Shown piece by piece: positions 16,120 through 33,239 of a stretch of DNA of 64,000 nucleotides; the stretch's first letter is position 1, and each line of letters starts with the position of its first letter. The notes under the pieces were generated by a model. The model saw only the letters and a program-made list of their open reading frames with translations, made no database searches and had not been told where the DNA came from. The translations under genes and the position numbers were made by a program. Source of the DNA: the human T2T-CHM13v2.0 reference genome, Homo sapiens; NCBI RefSeq assembly GCF_009914755.1, contig NC_060926.1; one strand, given 5' to 3'.

Positions 16120-16437
16120 GAGCTTTGGACTTGGTGACAGAAGCTCACCTGGGTTTGAATTCCAGCTCTGTTACTGATGTGCTGTGTGACCCTAGACAAA
16201 TTACTGGCTTCTCTGAGCCTCCTTTCTAGTTTCTTTGGTTTGGAAGACAGAGCTGAGTGGTTAAAACTTTAAGGTTTAGCAACAGACAGATCTGGGTTTG
16301 AATCCTAGTTTTGTCACTCATTAGTGATGGACCTTGGGAAAATTCCTTGACCTCTCTGTACCTCAGTTTCCTCATCTGGAAAATGGGGATGACAATCCTA
16401 TCTTGCTTGGTTGTTGCAAAAATTAAATATAATAATG
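16120..16437 (+). mobile_element. MIR fragments
   Basis: MIR core 'ctgggtttgaatcc...cctcagtttcctcatctggaaaatggggat'. Confidence 0.8.
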
Positions 16438-16698
16438 GGCCAGGTGCAGTGGCTCACACCTGTAATCCCAGCACTTTGGGAGGCTGAGGCAGGTTGATCA
16501 TGAGGTCAGGAGTTCAGGACTAGCCTGACCGGCATGGTGAAACCCCATCTCTACTAAAAATACAAAAATTAGCCGGGCGTAATGGTGCATGCCTGTAATC
16601 CCAGCTACTCAGGAGGCTGAGTGAGGAGAATCACTTGAACCTGGGAGGGAGAGGTTGCCTCCAGCCTGGGAGACAGAGCGAGACTCCATCTCAAAAAA
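16438..16698 (+). mobile_element. AluS with ~25-bp internal deletion in the right arm
   Basis: gaggttgc|ctccagcc junction at 16658/16659; TSD atataataatg at 16427-16437 and 17217-17227. Confidence 0.93.
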
Positions 16699-17216
16699 TA
16701 TATATATATTATAAAATATACGATATATTTTATATATATAATATATCGTATATTATATAATATGTAATATATCGTATATTATATTATATGTAATATATCG
16801 TATATTATATTATATGTAATATATCGTATATTATATTATATGTAATATATCGTATATTATATTATATGTAATATATCGTATATTATGTTATATGTAATAT
16901 ATCGTATATTATATAATATATATGATATATCGTATATTATATAATATATGATATATTGTATATTATATAATATATTGTATATTATATGCATGATATATAA
17001 TATATCATATATTATACATGGGATATTATATATATGGGATATATATGGGATAATATATATGGGATATATTATATAATATATCGTATATTATATATGACAT
17101 ATAATATATCATATATATGACATATAATGTATCATATATTATATATGACATATAATGTATCATATATATTATATGATATATATGACATGGTATGATATGG
17201 TATATTTTATATATAT
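16699..17216. repeat. AT-rich minisatellite with 26-bp unit ATCGTATATTATATTATATGTAATAT and degenerate variants
   Basis: ATCG recurs at 16771, 16797, 16823, 16849, 16875, 16901 (period 26). Confidence 0.95.
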
Positions 17217-18351
17217 ATATAATAATGTATGTGTCATGCTTGGTACACTGCCTCAAACAGAATCTCAATATTATTATTATTATTTATATTAACCGTTTGC
17301 TTCCCCAGGATTAGGAGTCAGACAAGGAAGAAGAGGAAATGATAGGAAACTGGGAGGTGAGTATCAGAATTAAGGGTGAGTTAGTGAGAGGATGAGGCCA
17401 CATAGGGATGCCCGGTGCTCAGGGCCCAGGAGAACATACTCAGGGTCATCATACATTGTGCACAAAGATGCCTGGCCGAGGGAGTACGTGGGGGTCAAAA
17501 TCCCACCTAACTCCTACTCTCCAAACAAGTTTTGCTTCTGCTGGCATCATCCTGCACAGGGCCAGGCAGGCAATAGGTGAGGCATACTGCGGGTCACTAG
17601 GTCCTAGGGGATCAGAGCAGGTCAGCCTCCAGGATAGGCAGAAGTGGATCAAGGAAGCCCTGCAGCTTAAGGAGTCTAGCAGAAGCAACAGGCATTCCAG
17701 GGGTGAGGCTCAGCTGCAGACTTTGTGTGGGAGGGGCAGGGCAGAATTCAATTTGTTCCTAGAGCTTTGAGGGGCTGGTAGGAAACCAAGGCAAGCATTC
17801 AGGCGAGGGGCTACCCCAAACAAGGCAGTCTGTAGGTACAAAGCAAAAGGCCCTGATAACAAAACAAACTGCAAGGTCAGGCTGGTCCAGGCACAAAGCT
17901 GACTCCAGCCTGGGTCACAGAGAGATGAGGGATCAGAGCCTCAACTCGCTGGTGGTAACAAAATAGGCAGCTGTTGGTGCTGGAGGGGGCAGGCTGTGGG
18001 GGCAGGGAGCTGTGCCGATCGATGCAAACTTTCTTCCTAATCCTTTGGCAGTTTATTGGGCACCTCAATCTGTGAAGCTGTGTGGTAGGATTCGCTTCTT
18101 TAGGAGGGACGGCCTCCAGAATGGAATGGTATTAGGAACAAGGAGATATTCCTCTGCCCAGAAATATTCATGCATCTCTGTGCTCCTCCTACTACTAAGT
18201 AATTTCTTTGAATAAAGTCTAAGGCCACAAGCTCAGATGCTGCAGGAGCCAGGCAGTGGCACAAATGGAAGAAAGAGGCCAGATAATGACAGGGAACAAT
18301 TGGGAGAGGCAGGAACTGCAGCAAACCGAGAAGTATTAATAAATGTTTCCT

Positions 18352-18667
<316 letters not shown>

Positions 18668-19514
18668 TTATGGAGGGCAGCAGCTGCTGAGCTCCTCCAA
18701 TTCATACCCAGTGAGAATGTGAGACAAGCCCTTTTGGTTCTTCCATTTTCCAAAAGAAGCCAGAAATCTACATTTTAATTAAAATCTGGTTTTTTTAAAT
18801 CCCATCAATTATATTTTCACAAAACTCTGTTGACGTTCTCCAGGATTCCCTGGAGATGCAGCCCCCTCTGAGAGAGGTCGTGGGGGTGGGTGGGAGAAGT
18901 GCTCCAATGAACTCCTTGCTAGTGCCTGACATTCTCCTTGTTTCTTGTTCCAGAGGCTTTGGGCATCTGAAGAAGATGGGAAGGAGGGGAGAGGCCACTG
19001 AAAGGAGAGGTGTGATGCTGGGGGGAATCCCTCTGACCTCATTGTTTTATCCCCCAGGAAGGCCCTGTGCCTGGCCCACCAGCCACAGTCTGTAGACACA
19101 GGTCCTGGCAGATGAAATGACATCTCTGAGGCCACACCAACCCCATGGCTTTCTTCTGTGTCCTGTGAGCTGGTCCCAGCAGGCTGGCCCATGGCTTCCC
19201 TCAGTGAAACACCCTGTCCTGTCCCCTCCCTTCCCAAGCAGCTCTTCTGGCCACTGTCACTCTGCGGTGGTTTTTATAAGGCTCATCTTACTGTGTGGGT
19301 TTTATTAGCAAGTGATTGCTTCTCACGTCTCAACCATGAATCTTTCAGTTGTGGTTTCATCTTGGGCCTAGCAGACTATGAAGAAGCAATTAATATACCT
19401 CTCAGCTGCCCATATCAGGGAGAGCACAATGTTTCAGGGCGAGAGGGGAATTTCTTATGACCCTACCCACCCAGCCTAGGGGTCTAGATAGAAAGTGTCT
19501 CTTCAAAATACTAA

Positions 19515-19985
<471 letters not shown>

Positions 19986-20375
19986 TAGTTCACAGATTGT
20001 GTCTTCCAGAGGTCCTTCCTTCACCCCCACCTGACGAGGTCATCTAATTAGAAAGAAGGGTTTGTGGACAGACTGCAGGCTCTGTGCTAGGAGCTCTGGC
20101 GAAACCACAAAAAGGGCAAGAACCAAGCCTGTCAGTCTGGCTGGTGAGGGGAGATACACTGCAACATCACAGATGAGAACAAGAGAGGGTTCATTGTTCC
20201 TTCCTTCATTCCACAGGCATTGGGCTCCCATTGTGAGGTCTGCACACAACCATGTCTCAGGTGTGGGTCCTGCCCTCAAGATGCCTATAACTCACCTCGG
20301 GGGGAAAGACTTGGACTCTGCCATATTAGAGCTGCAAGAGTCTCTTTGGATCATCTAATTATGAATAATCTGGGG

Positions 20376-20677
20376 TTTTCTTTTTTCTTTTTCTTTTTTT
20401 TGAGACAAGGTCTTGTTCTGCAGACTGAAATTCAGGGGCACGATCACTGCTCACTACAGCTTTGACCCCACAGCCTCAAGCAATCCTCCAACTCAGCCTC
20501 CTGAGTAGCTAGGATGACAGGCTCTTGCCACCATGCTCAGCTAATTTTTAATTTTTCTGTAGAGATGGGGTCTCTCTGTGTTGCCCAGGCTGGCCTTGAA
20601 CTCCTGTGCTCAAGCAATCCTCCTGCTTTGGCTTCCCAAAGTGCTGGGATAATAGGTGGGTATGAGCCACCAGGCCC
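20376..20677 (-). mobile_element. AluJ
   Basis: Antisense diverged Alu; TSD aatctgggg. Confidence 0.9.
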
Positions 20678-21419
20678 AGAAATCTGGGGCTTTCAATCAC
20701 TTTCTTCCTTTCTCTCCTCTCCTTCTTCTTTCAGTAGCATTTAGAAGCCGAGTCCATTTGCCACTCAGAGTGGGATCTCTAGTGGAAAGGAATAGGGGAA
20801 ACCTAAAGCTCCTATTGACTTGGCTCCCTTCCCCACCACTCTCTACCCATCAAAACAACCTCTGAAGAACCTTCCTGAAAAAAACCGGTTTGAAAAATTA
20901 TGGATCTGGTCCAATCCCTGAAAATCCCCAAAATTTGGAAATGGAGAATCCGGTAGGCCAAATTATTACTCACCCAAGTTCACACAACCTGCACCTCCTA
21001 ATTGCAGGCAGGGCTCTTTCCTTAACTACTCTGTCAAAAAGTAGTGTAAACATTAAGTCAAAAAAGGGGGAAGTAAGTGATAGGGAAGTCAGAGAGGCAG
21101 ACGGAGTTCAGTGTGGACTGCCATGGTCAGAGAGACAAGAAAGGTGAGTGTGGGTCCTGCCAGGTGGTTGATGGGGCAGAGGTGGCCATGCAGGAAGGGG
21201 GCATGAGTCAAGCAGGTGTTAAATTCCAGAAGCTGGTAGAAAAGCAGCATAAAGTCAAAGGACAACTGGGATGCAGGTAGGATCAGGTTTGATGTGGAGT
21301 GGAGGCTGGGGTGCAGGCATGGGCTGGTGGTAGAGTTGGAGGATTATCTTCCCTCCCAGTTCACCCAGTTAAATCTGCTGATGGTTCAACTTTGGCAGCA
21401 CCACAGAAGGCTGGAAGCC

Positions 21420-21454
<35 letters not shown>
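21420..21454. repeat. (CAGG)n tetranucleotide microsatellite
   Basis: About 8 tandem CAGG units. Confidence 0.95.
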
Positions 21455-21456
<2 letters not shown>

Positions 21457-21528
21457 GCATGGGCAAGTGTATGTGCTGTATGAAGTAAGCCATGGGACAG
21501 CAGCTGGGTTGCATTAAAAGTGAATCAA

Positions 21529-21821
21529 GGCCGGGCGCGATGGCTCATGCCTGTCCTAGCACTTTGGGAGGCTGAGGTGGGCAGATCACTTGAGCTCAGG
21601 AGTTGGAGACCAGCCTGGCCAACATGGTGAAACCCTGTCTCTACTAAAAATACAAAAATTAGCTGGGTGTCATGGCTCATTCTTGTAATCTCAGCTACTT
21701 GGGAGGCTGAGGCAGGAGAATTGCTTGAACCCGGGAGGCGGAAGTTGTAGTGAGCTGAGATCTCACTACTGCACTCTCCAGCCTGTGCGACAGAGCGAGA
21801 CTGTGTCTCAAAAACAAAAAA
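21529..21821 (+). mobile_element. AluS
   Basis: Alu consensus; TSD aa(g/a)..gaatcaag. Confidence 0.93.
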
Positions 21822-22399
21822 GAATCAAGATGATGGTTGAATAAAAACAAGAATGGAGCACTGGGGAAAAGGCACTCTGAAGGCAACAGGAGCTGATGGC
21901 CGGGACAAAACAAGGCTCCGCAGACAGGAGGCCCCAGATGCAAGTCCTTGGCTTCTAATGTCTATTCAAACGAGACAGGAAAGGTAGGGCTGGCTTTGGA
22001 GAACGGCGCTTCCTGAGGGCTTCTGCGAACCTGCATTTTCTTACCCATAAAATAGATACAATTTTAATCCCATCTCCATCTCAGGGCTGCTGTAAGGAGT
22101 AAATGAAACACCGTTGAGAATGACTGAAGGGCTTTACTAAGGGATTGCCTTCAGAGGTGACAAAATTTGTGACTCAGCTCTGGAGTAAAACAAGGGGGTA
22201 TGGAGACTGGACAGCACCTCCCCTGCCCGAGGGCATTCAGACTTAGAGATCCTCAGCACTGATGCTGGCCAGATGAAAGGCACCTGCCTGGCAGCTTTGT
22301 CCCCAGCCTGCACTACCTGAACTAAGGTTTTGGCAGATAACTGCTAAAGGTACGATCCTCCCAGTGGGATGTATATTCTAAAGGAGGCCTCAAGAACTG

Positions 22400-23217
<818 letters not shown>

Positions 23218-23619
23218 CTCAAACTACAATGGTGGAATGATAGGTATTGGGGTGGTGAGTTTCTTCCCTGAGACTTCTCAAATCAAGCTAAGTATTATTG
23301 GCTTCTTTCTCTGCCTCGGTACAAGATTAGCTCCAGATTACCTGTTACTGCCTTCAACCCCCAGCCTTTGAAAACTCCCTTCCTCCTAAGAGTACATGCA
23401 CCCTGCTCATTTTGTAGTAGCTTAGGACTGAAAGTCTAATGGGAGAGGGCAAAGGGCTCTCCAGAGGTCACCCTATCTTCCACTATACTAGTGACTGAGA
23501 GCAGAAATTTCTGAACCCTAAGAAAGGTGACAAGCATGACAGAGCTGAGGGGAGAAATTCTAAGGCAGTTAGGACTGCATGTCATTCCTCAAACAGCTTG
23601 GTGGAGGTGGCCGCCTGCT

Positions 23620-24190
<571 letters not shown>

Positions 24191-24781
24191 GTAGCAGTGG
24201 CAGCATTTGATTCTTGTATCATGGCCTTGGTGGAGGTGGTGAATAAGTCAAGTTCACCACAGGCACCAGCCTTGCTGCACGCACAGTGCACTTCCCTCCT
24301 GCCCCCAAAACCCCTGAGAATTCTCCATCATAATGCTTGTTGAGCACTTAATTGTTCTTCCAATTTTAACGGTCCCTGCTGGACCACATCACCGAGGTCT
24401 TGCCCCACCTTTGCCCAGCCATGTTGCCTCCTTGGTCTTTCCTGCAAGCTACAGCACCCCTGTGTACTACCCGGGCCAAGCAGTGGACTGTCCACCATGC
24501 CCAAGAGTCCTTTCAGGGAAGCAGCACAGGCCTGCCATCATGCAAAGTGGATAAGGATTAGCCCTGAAGGTCCACCTGACTGAAGACCACTGCATCCAGA
24601 CACTGGCACCCTAGAGGGAGGGCTTCCGGAGCCAGAGGCAAACTGAGTCCATCAGATTCCTTCCTCCAGAATTTGAATAAAGGAAGGCCTAAAGAACGGA
24701 CAGCTGGTTAGCCATGGAGGCTTAAGTCCAGAGTTGAGGGAACCAGGGACGTCTATGATGGTCAAATCAGAGCTGAAGCCG

Positions 24782-25170
<389 letters not shown>

Positions 25171-25539
25171 CTATGTGTGCAGTGAAAGGAACAGCACCCA
25201 GCCGATGGCCAGCAGACTGTGGGCTGAGAAATGAAGATCTCCACTGGGTAAAGTAAAGCTTTCACTCTTTGCTCCTAGGCACTTGCAGGGAAATGCTGCT
25301 GCTTTGTCTTCACTGAAAGTACGGGAAGGACTTTGAGGAAGCGTAAGTACAAAGTCTCCATGGTGCCCTTGTCATGTGCTAGAGCCTCTCATGAAAAAAG
25401 GCATCCATCCTTAAAAATCACATCAGTGCAGACACGGCACAGCGCCCCCTCGCCACTCAGCAGCTCCTTTCTGATGGGCACATGGGTGTTGGGGCCAGAG
25501 CCGGTCAGGTGCTCCCTCTTGCTCCAGAGGTCTTCCTCT

Positions 25540-26510
25540 GTCAAAGGGAATAGGCTGCTAGATAAAGAGGTCACTCTTCAATCAAGGGCCTGCCGATGTG
25601 TTTTTGATGAACTTATGAACAGAGCAGCTCTCACCCAAACACATTCTTTGGCTGAAAATAGGGGAGTGAACCCGGCATTAATGCTAACTCCTTGAGCCAC
25701 TCTCTGCCTTTCCGGGCCTCAGGTAACTTGTCTGCAGAAAGCGGGGAGAGAATGTGGAGTAGATTACCTCTCGGCTCCTTGCATTTTCCTTGTTGATCCC
25801 AGGGGCTTCTGCCATAGCAAGGGTCTGGGCGGGGGACCCCCAGCTGGGGTGTGGAGGTAAGTCCAGTAAACAGGTAGAAGCAGCCAGGAGCAGAAAGCAC
25901 CCTGACTGATGGGGCCCAGTGGGAGCGCGCAGGGCTGGCACCAGTGGCTCTGCTGTGCTCTGGACGGTTATTTCAGACACCCTGCTAACACGGAAAGCTG
26001 GGCGAGGCTGAGATGGCCTGGCACATTGAATTTACCTCTGTGAAAACTGAAAAAGGAAGATTTTTAAAAAAGATTATAAAAAAGACACTTCCTAGTAAGC
26101 CAGCCACCTCCTCTGCTTGTGAAAGGAGCCTGGCCCTGTTTTGGGGGGTGGTACTGAAAGGAGTGGGGGAGAAGTTGAGGCCCTACCTGGGCCCTGAGGC
26201 TCTGGGAACGCAGAGGCCATTTTCATCCAGCCTTCAGAAGTTTCCTTTTGTGGCATGACGGTGTTAAAAATATTCCTCCCTGAAGGTGCAACCGCGGCAG
26301 AGCAGATGTCCCTGACTGAGCACTTGGGAAGGAGCTATTAAAAGGAATGTAATTAGGTTGTCATCCTGGGGCCTCCGAGCCAGGCTTCCGAACGCCGTCT
26401 TTGTTGAAAGTTTTCCAGACGTCAAATATTTGCAGAACCAGGTTTACCAAAAAGGTTGTTAATTCCCAGTAGAAATGGGCTGTGTGCAGCAGAGGCAAAA
26501 CAATGCTGCA
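25540..26510. promoter_or_regulatory. Putative enhancer-like unique region
   Basis: ~1 kb repeat-free, modest CpG retention, motifs GGCATTAATGCTAA, ATTGAATTTAC, TGTAATTAGG, AAACAATG (SOX-like); inference. Confidence 0.3.
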
Positions 26511-26939
26511 GGTCAAGGTTGGCCTTTTCTGGGTCCTTTCCCCCATGTGGGTTCCATCCTAGCTCCCCAGTTCCCTCTCCCCTCCTCCTCCACACTGCCC
26601 CCTCCCCCTAATCACACTTTGCTCTTAGGGAAGCCTCTATGAGTCATTTACCCCTTAGCACTATGAATGTAAGCCCCTGAGCCCCTCTGGCACCCCCAGG
26701 AGTGTGGGATTCAGGCCTGAGCTCTGTACACTTTGGGGAACAAAAGGCTTCATCTCCTTTTATAAAATGGTTGTCATGCACTGGAGTGGAGGTGGAGGAG
26801 GGCCTTCCCAGTGACCCTGAAATTGCACTACAGGCAGCCACCTACTCCACTATGCAGAGATTGAGCCTGCCCTGATCCCAAGCTGTCTTCTACCTTGGAG
26901 GCATATCTGTTGTAATCCCTTCCCTCCCTTCTGCCTGTC

Positions 26940-27268
26940 ATATCCTGCAGGCTCATCCATCCATCCATCTCATCTGTCATTCATTATTTATGCATCAACA
27001 TTTATTGAGAGTCTGTGGCAAGAACGTGCTGAGTGGTAGAAAGAGAGCGGGAAGCATAAACAGACATAATCCCTGTCATGGATGGAGACAGCATAGACGC
27101 AGAAAGACATTCATCAGATAATTGCAGAAACAAATGTAAAATAATAGCCATGACAAAAGCAACAAAGGAGAAGGAAGTGGATGGTGCCTGGAGCATGCGT
27201 CAGAGAGGAGACCAGCCTGTCAGGAGAGTTAAGGAAGGCTTCCCAGGTGCAGTGGTGACTGAGCCGAG
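26940..27268 (-). mobile_element. L2 3' fragment
   Basis: 'cattcatt...caacatttattgagagtctgtg...aaggcttcccagg'. Confidence 0.7.

Positions 27269-27312
<44 letters not shown>
27269..27312. repeat. (TG)n microsatellite
   Basis: ~21 TG units with one interruption. Confidence 0.95.
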
Positions 27313-27315
<3 letters not shown>

Positions 27316-27458
27316 GTGTTTATTAAGAATATATGCTCAGTGGTTGGTTCCTCCAACTGGAACAGTGTGCAAAAGCCGTGGCTGATCCTGAGAGGGAATG
27401 CCACAATTTTCATGAGATCCTTCTACTGGACTTTAGGAAACATCAAGGATTGTGGTTA

Positions 27459-27797
<339 letters not shown>

Positions 27798-28029
27798 GTA
27801 GGGGGAAAGAAGAAAAATGTCTATACTGCTGGAAGGCTTTGTCCTGGTGCTCAGCCCTCGGGGCTCACCTGTGTAGATGGGGTCTGAGGATGGGAGGGAC
27901 TAACACCTCTAGCAGGAATTTTCTCTGGAAGAGTCAGATCCCCCAGGAGAATGTGGGGCTGACCAGAATGTGTGTCAAAGGAGAGAGTTCCTGGAGGACT
28001 CACAGGTAACTTTTTACCTAGGGGTTTAA

Positions 28030-29050
28030 AATATTCCCCATTTTGCAGCTAGAGAAGCTGAGGTTCAGATACGTTAAGTAACTTCCAGGTTCCTTCCAAG
28101 CATCATGCAGGTAGTATTTGACAAGATTTAAATTTGAAAGTTCTTCCGATCCCATTTCCCTGGCTCTTCCCACCTGTTACATACTGCAGCAGTAAAGTTG
28201 CGATAATGTGTGCTGATGTTATTTTGCATTAAATGAGATAGTCCTGTTGAAAGCTGCAGCCCCGGGTATGCAGTTAATGCTCTACAGATGTCATCTATTA
28301 TTATTATTATTATTATTATGCCCTACTCATTAGTTCATATATTTTATGACCACGTTGTAAGCACCTTAAGGGCAGGGGTCATTCCTCTCCACAAGGCTGG
28401 GCATAGAGTAGCTGCCTGACATAACCAGTTACTAAATAGCATTATTTTACAATACTCATAAAATAGAAGCAGAATTGCTCCCTTTAAGGCAGGGCTTTGT
28501 ACTTTGTGGAGAAAGCAAGTCTGGCTGTGACTTCAATGGGAAGCTCTCCAGTGGCTTGGAACCCTGGTGGTCAACAAGAATGACACACCAGGGAAAAGAG
28601 CAGTAACCACACAACAGAACTCCCAGGGTCCGGGCCCTGACCACTGACGCCAGGCGACCATTGTAACAGCCCTGCCCACAGGGCCTGCAATCTAATAGGC
28701 TCAGCCTAGCTGAGGTGGGTGCAGCCTAGGAGAGAATCTGGACCCATCTCCTGGCTCCACAGCCTGCAGCTCGGGCCTAGGTGGTGCAGGAGGTGACTTG
28801 AATCAGAAACAGCCTCCAGGGTTACTGGATCACTTTTCTCACCTGCCCCACCTGGAAACAATGCAGGAAAGGGGACTTAGGAGGCTTTCAGTCTCTGGCT
28901 TTGCCCTTTACTAGTGCTGAGCCTCAGTTCCTTCATCCGCAAAATGGGATAATAGTTCCTTTTCCATGGGATAGTAGCAATTAAATAAAATATAACATGG
29001 AAAATACGTAACACTGGTACCTAACTCATTGTAAGCGTTCTTAGAAGAAA
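28030..29050. mobile_element. Scattered MIR fragments (~28030-28160, ~28215-28320, ~28870-29050)
   Basis: 'cccattttgcagctagagaagctgagg', 'gcctcagttccttcatccgcaaaatgggataatag'. Confidence 0.6.
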
Positions 29051-29528
29051 ATCAGTTGTCTCTAGGTCGCAATCCGCCTGAAGGTGGGGATTATATCTGA
29101 TTCATGCCTGAATAAATGAATTCATGCCTGAATACCTGGACTCCTTCTGCTAATGCTTCATCTCTTCTGCTAAGCCTTGCCTGTTTTAGGCCTTGCTAGA
29201 AAATATCTAGAAGGGTTAACACCATGTTTTTTCCCCTCCTTCCAGGAGGGCCTGGGGACAACATGATAGCCTGAGTACCTGGAGAGAGAAAGGGGGTCAC
29301 TTTCATAATGAAGACAAATTCGTGGTGTCACCAGCTCCTCCCTGGCATGCATGCAACCCTTATTTTGGACCTTCTCATTGCCCCAGGATGCTTGAACCCA
29401 CTGGGGGCTATGAGGATTTGAGAGAGGCCAAGTTTCCCTTAGGGGTGGAGTGATGTATTCCCATTAGAATAAAGGAGTGAATGATTTAAAGGAGGGGTTA
29501 GAATTTGGACATTAAGGATACAATTTGT

Positions 29529-30256
<728 letters not shown>

Positions 30257-31754
30257 TAAAGTTTGGAAGTCAATTGGAGTTAGGATTTGGTAATTAGTTA
30301 TCATTTAATTTCTGAGTGAGAGCCAAAGAGCTGCCAGTGGCTAGATATGATGAAGGCCATCACTTTCGTCTGAAATTTAAAGTGTTCTGTTCCAGAGGCC
30401 TGCCTCCTTCACTATGTGGAGCCAGAGATTCCTCCCCTCTGACTGATTCCTGCTGAGAGAGCAGGTTGAGTATCTACCACATACCAGGTGTAAAGTCTGG
30501 CATACAGGGTCCAAAGGTGTCAAGAACATAGCCCTCTACAACGAAACTGGGGAGGCCAGGCCTAAGCCTAGGCCTGACATAGCCCAGTGACTATGGGGGA
30601 AATCATAAATCTCCTAGCCTTAGCTTTCCTGGCTGGTATATGACCCAATGCCTCATGGGGCTGTTTGAAAAGCCCCAAATGATCACAGAAGGAAAGAACT
30701 TTAAAGGGAACCTGCTCTTTGGCAGAGCAAACTGTTCCAAAGGGAACTACAGGCAGGGTTTGGCACCCTGCCCTCAGAGAAGGTTGGTATCCATCCTCCT
30801 TTCCTCCATGAAACTCCAAGCTTTCTTGCCCTTGCCACGCCCACCCCATCTTTCCCAAGACCATTTCCAGCAGGGACTCATGCCTCTTAACAGGAACTGA
30901 CAAAGAAGTGACACACCCCTAAAGCTTTCCGGGCTTCTGGTGTCCCCCACCACCCCCACCACACACACTCCAGCCAGCCCTGGGCTGCAGTGTGACCAAT
31001 CTCATGAGTCACTTGGATAAAGTGAGGACTCAACAAATATTTATCAAATGAATGAATGAATGAATGAGGCAACGGGTGAGTGAGTGTCTCCATGAATGGG
31101 CAGCCACTCCCTCTGAGAATGAGACTGCTTCTTCATTCAGGATGCTGAGTGCTCCCACAGGAAGTCACTCCAGATTTTTCTGATGAGTGCTCCATGGGGG
31201 AGACACATTCCCTGTTTTTTCTCAAGCCCCATGTGTTTTATTTTCTCCAGAACTCCATTGTGGGGGCTGTGTCCTACACTCCTTTGGGACCTTATGTACT
31301 AGACTTTATACCTGGTATGTAGTCGGTGCTCAATAAATGTATGATGAATGGAAGGGGGAAAGAAAAAGATTAGTAAGACTTGGACCCTACCTTCCAAATT
31401 ATTACAATTTAGCTAGAGAGAAAAGGCAGGTACAAAAGTACCATAGGACAAAGCCCAGTAGGATAATTGGTACCAAAAAAAAAAGGGGTCAAGGAGTGAA
31501 TGCCACATTCAGAGCTGGGAAAACTCATTATGGGCTGAAAAAGTCAGGAAATGCTTCCTGAAGGGACTGAATGGGATTCTCTTCCTGAAGCCTGGCCTTG
31601 AAGGAAGAGAAAGATTTGGAGGCAAGTCAAGGGAGGTGTTCTTGATAGGGAAAAAGGGGATGGGCAGCTCGCCAGAGGAAGGCCGGTTGAAATTATGTTA
31701 CTTTGAGTCGATTTAGTGGAGCAATGGAAGAGTCCAGCACGTATTGTAAGATAG

Positions 31755-32631
<877 letters not shown>

Positions 32632-32884
32632 TAGGGTGGGGCAAGACCATGCAGAACATTGAAAGCTAGGATAAGAGATTTGGATCAAGTACTAGCAAGG
32701 GCATTGGAACAGTGGCAGAAGTGAAAGGGAACGTGTGAGGTGTGGGAAGATGGAGGGAGAGGGCTCCAGGTAAGTATCATAGCAACAGGAGCATGGCAAA
32801 GCCTGCTGGTCCCCTGGGACCCATCAGGGCTGGCCAGAGCTGGGTCTTAGGCAAACAGACAAACAGATCCCTAGATCACTTTCC

Positions 32885-33005
32885 ATTTCTTTTTCTTTTC
32901 TTTCTTTTCTTTTTTTTTTTTTTAAGCAACGGGGACTGGCTATGTTGCCCAGGCTGGTCTCCAACTCGCAGCCTCAAGCAATGCCACCATGGGCTACCGT
33001 GCCTG
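32885..33005 (-). mobile_element. Partial Alu/FLAM
   Basis: poly(T) plus 'ctatgttgcccaggctggtctc'. Confidence 0.75.
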
Positions 33006-33239
33006 GACTACTCTCCATTTCTTTCTTTCATTCATACAAATAATGATTGGCTCTATCACCAGCCAGAGCCTGCAGAAGTAAACAGGGCAGATGCCTTCCC
33101 ACATTCCCCAGGGGCCCTGGACTCTACTCTAGGCCCCCATCCCAGCGCCCAGGCCTAAGGCTTGAGGCTACCGAGGCCTAAGGCAATGGCTGGGGGTGAA
33201 ATCAGCTATGGCTTCTCATTTGCAGCTTCCCTGTACAAA

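Noticed and set aside
16699-17216. Regularly spaced repeats as a possible CRISPR-like array
   Set aside because: Head-to-tail tandem units without unique spacers, in primate DNA
17340-17890. Possible ancient LTR or processed-pseudogene remnant (similar impressions at ~20850-21520, ~24555-24780, ~37085-37500, ~45080-45500)
   Set aside because: No recognisable protein homology or diagnostic termini by eye; needs a Dfam search
22169-22178. Isolated AP-1/ARE-like motifs (also ~21205, ~31004, ~39060)
   Set aside because: 7-10-mers expected by chance in 64 kb; no supporting context
29097-29135. Short tandem duplications (also ~48770-48808, ~5470-5491, ~59166-59196)
   Set aside because: Ordinary 10-22-bp slippage duplications with no evident function
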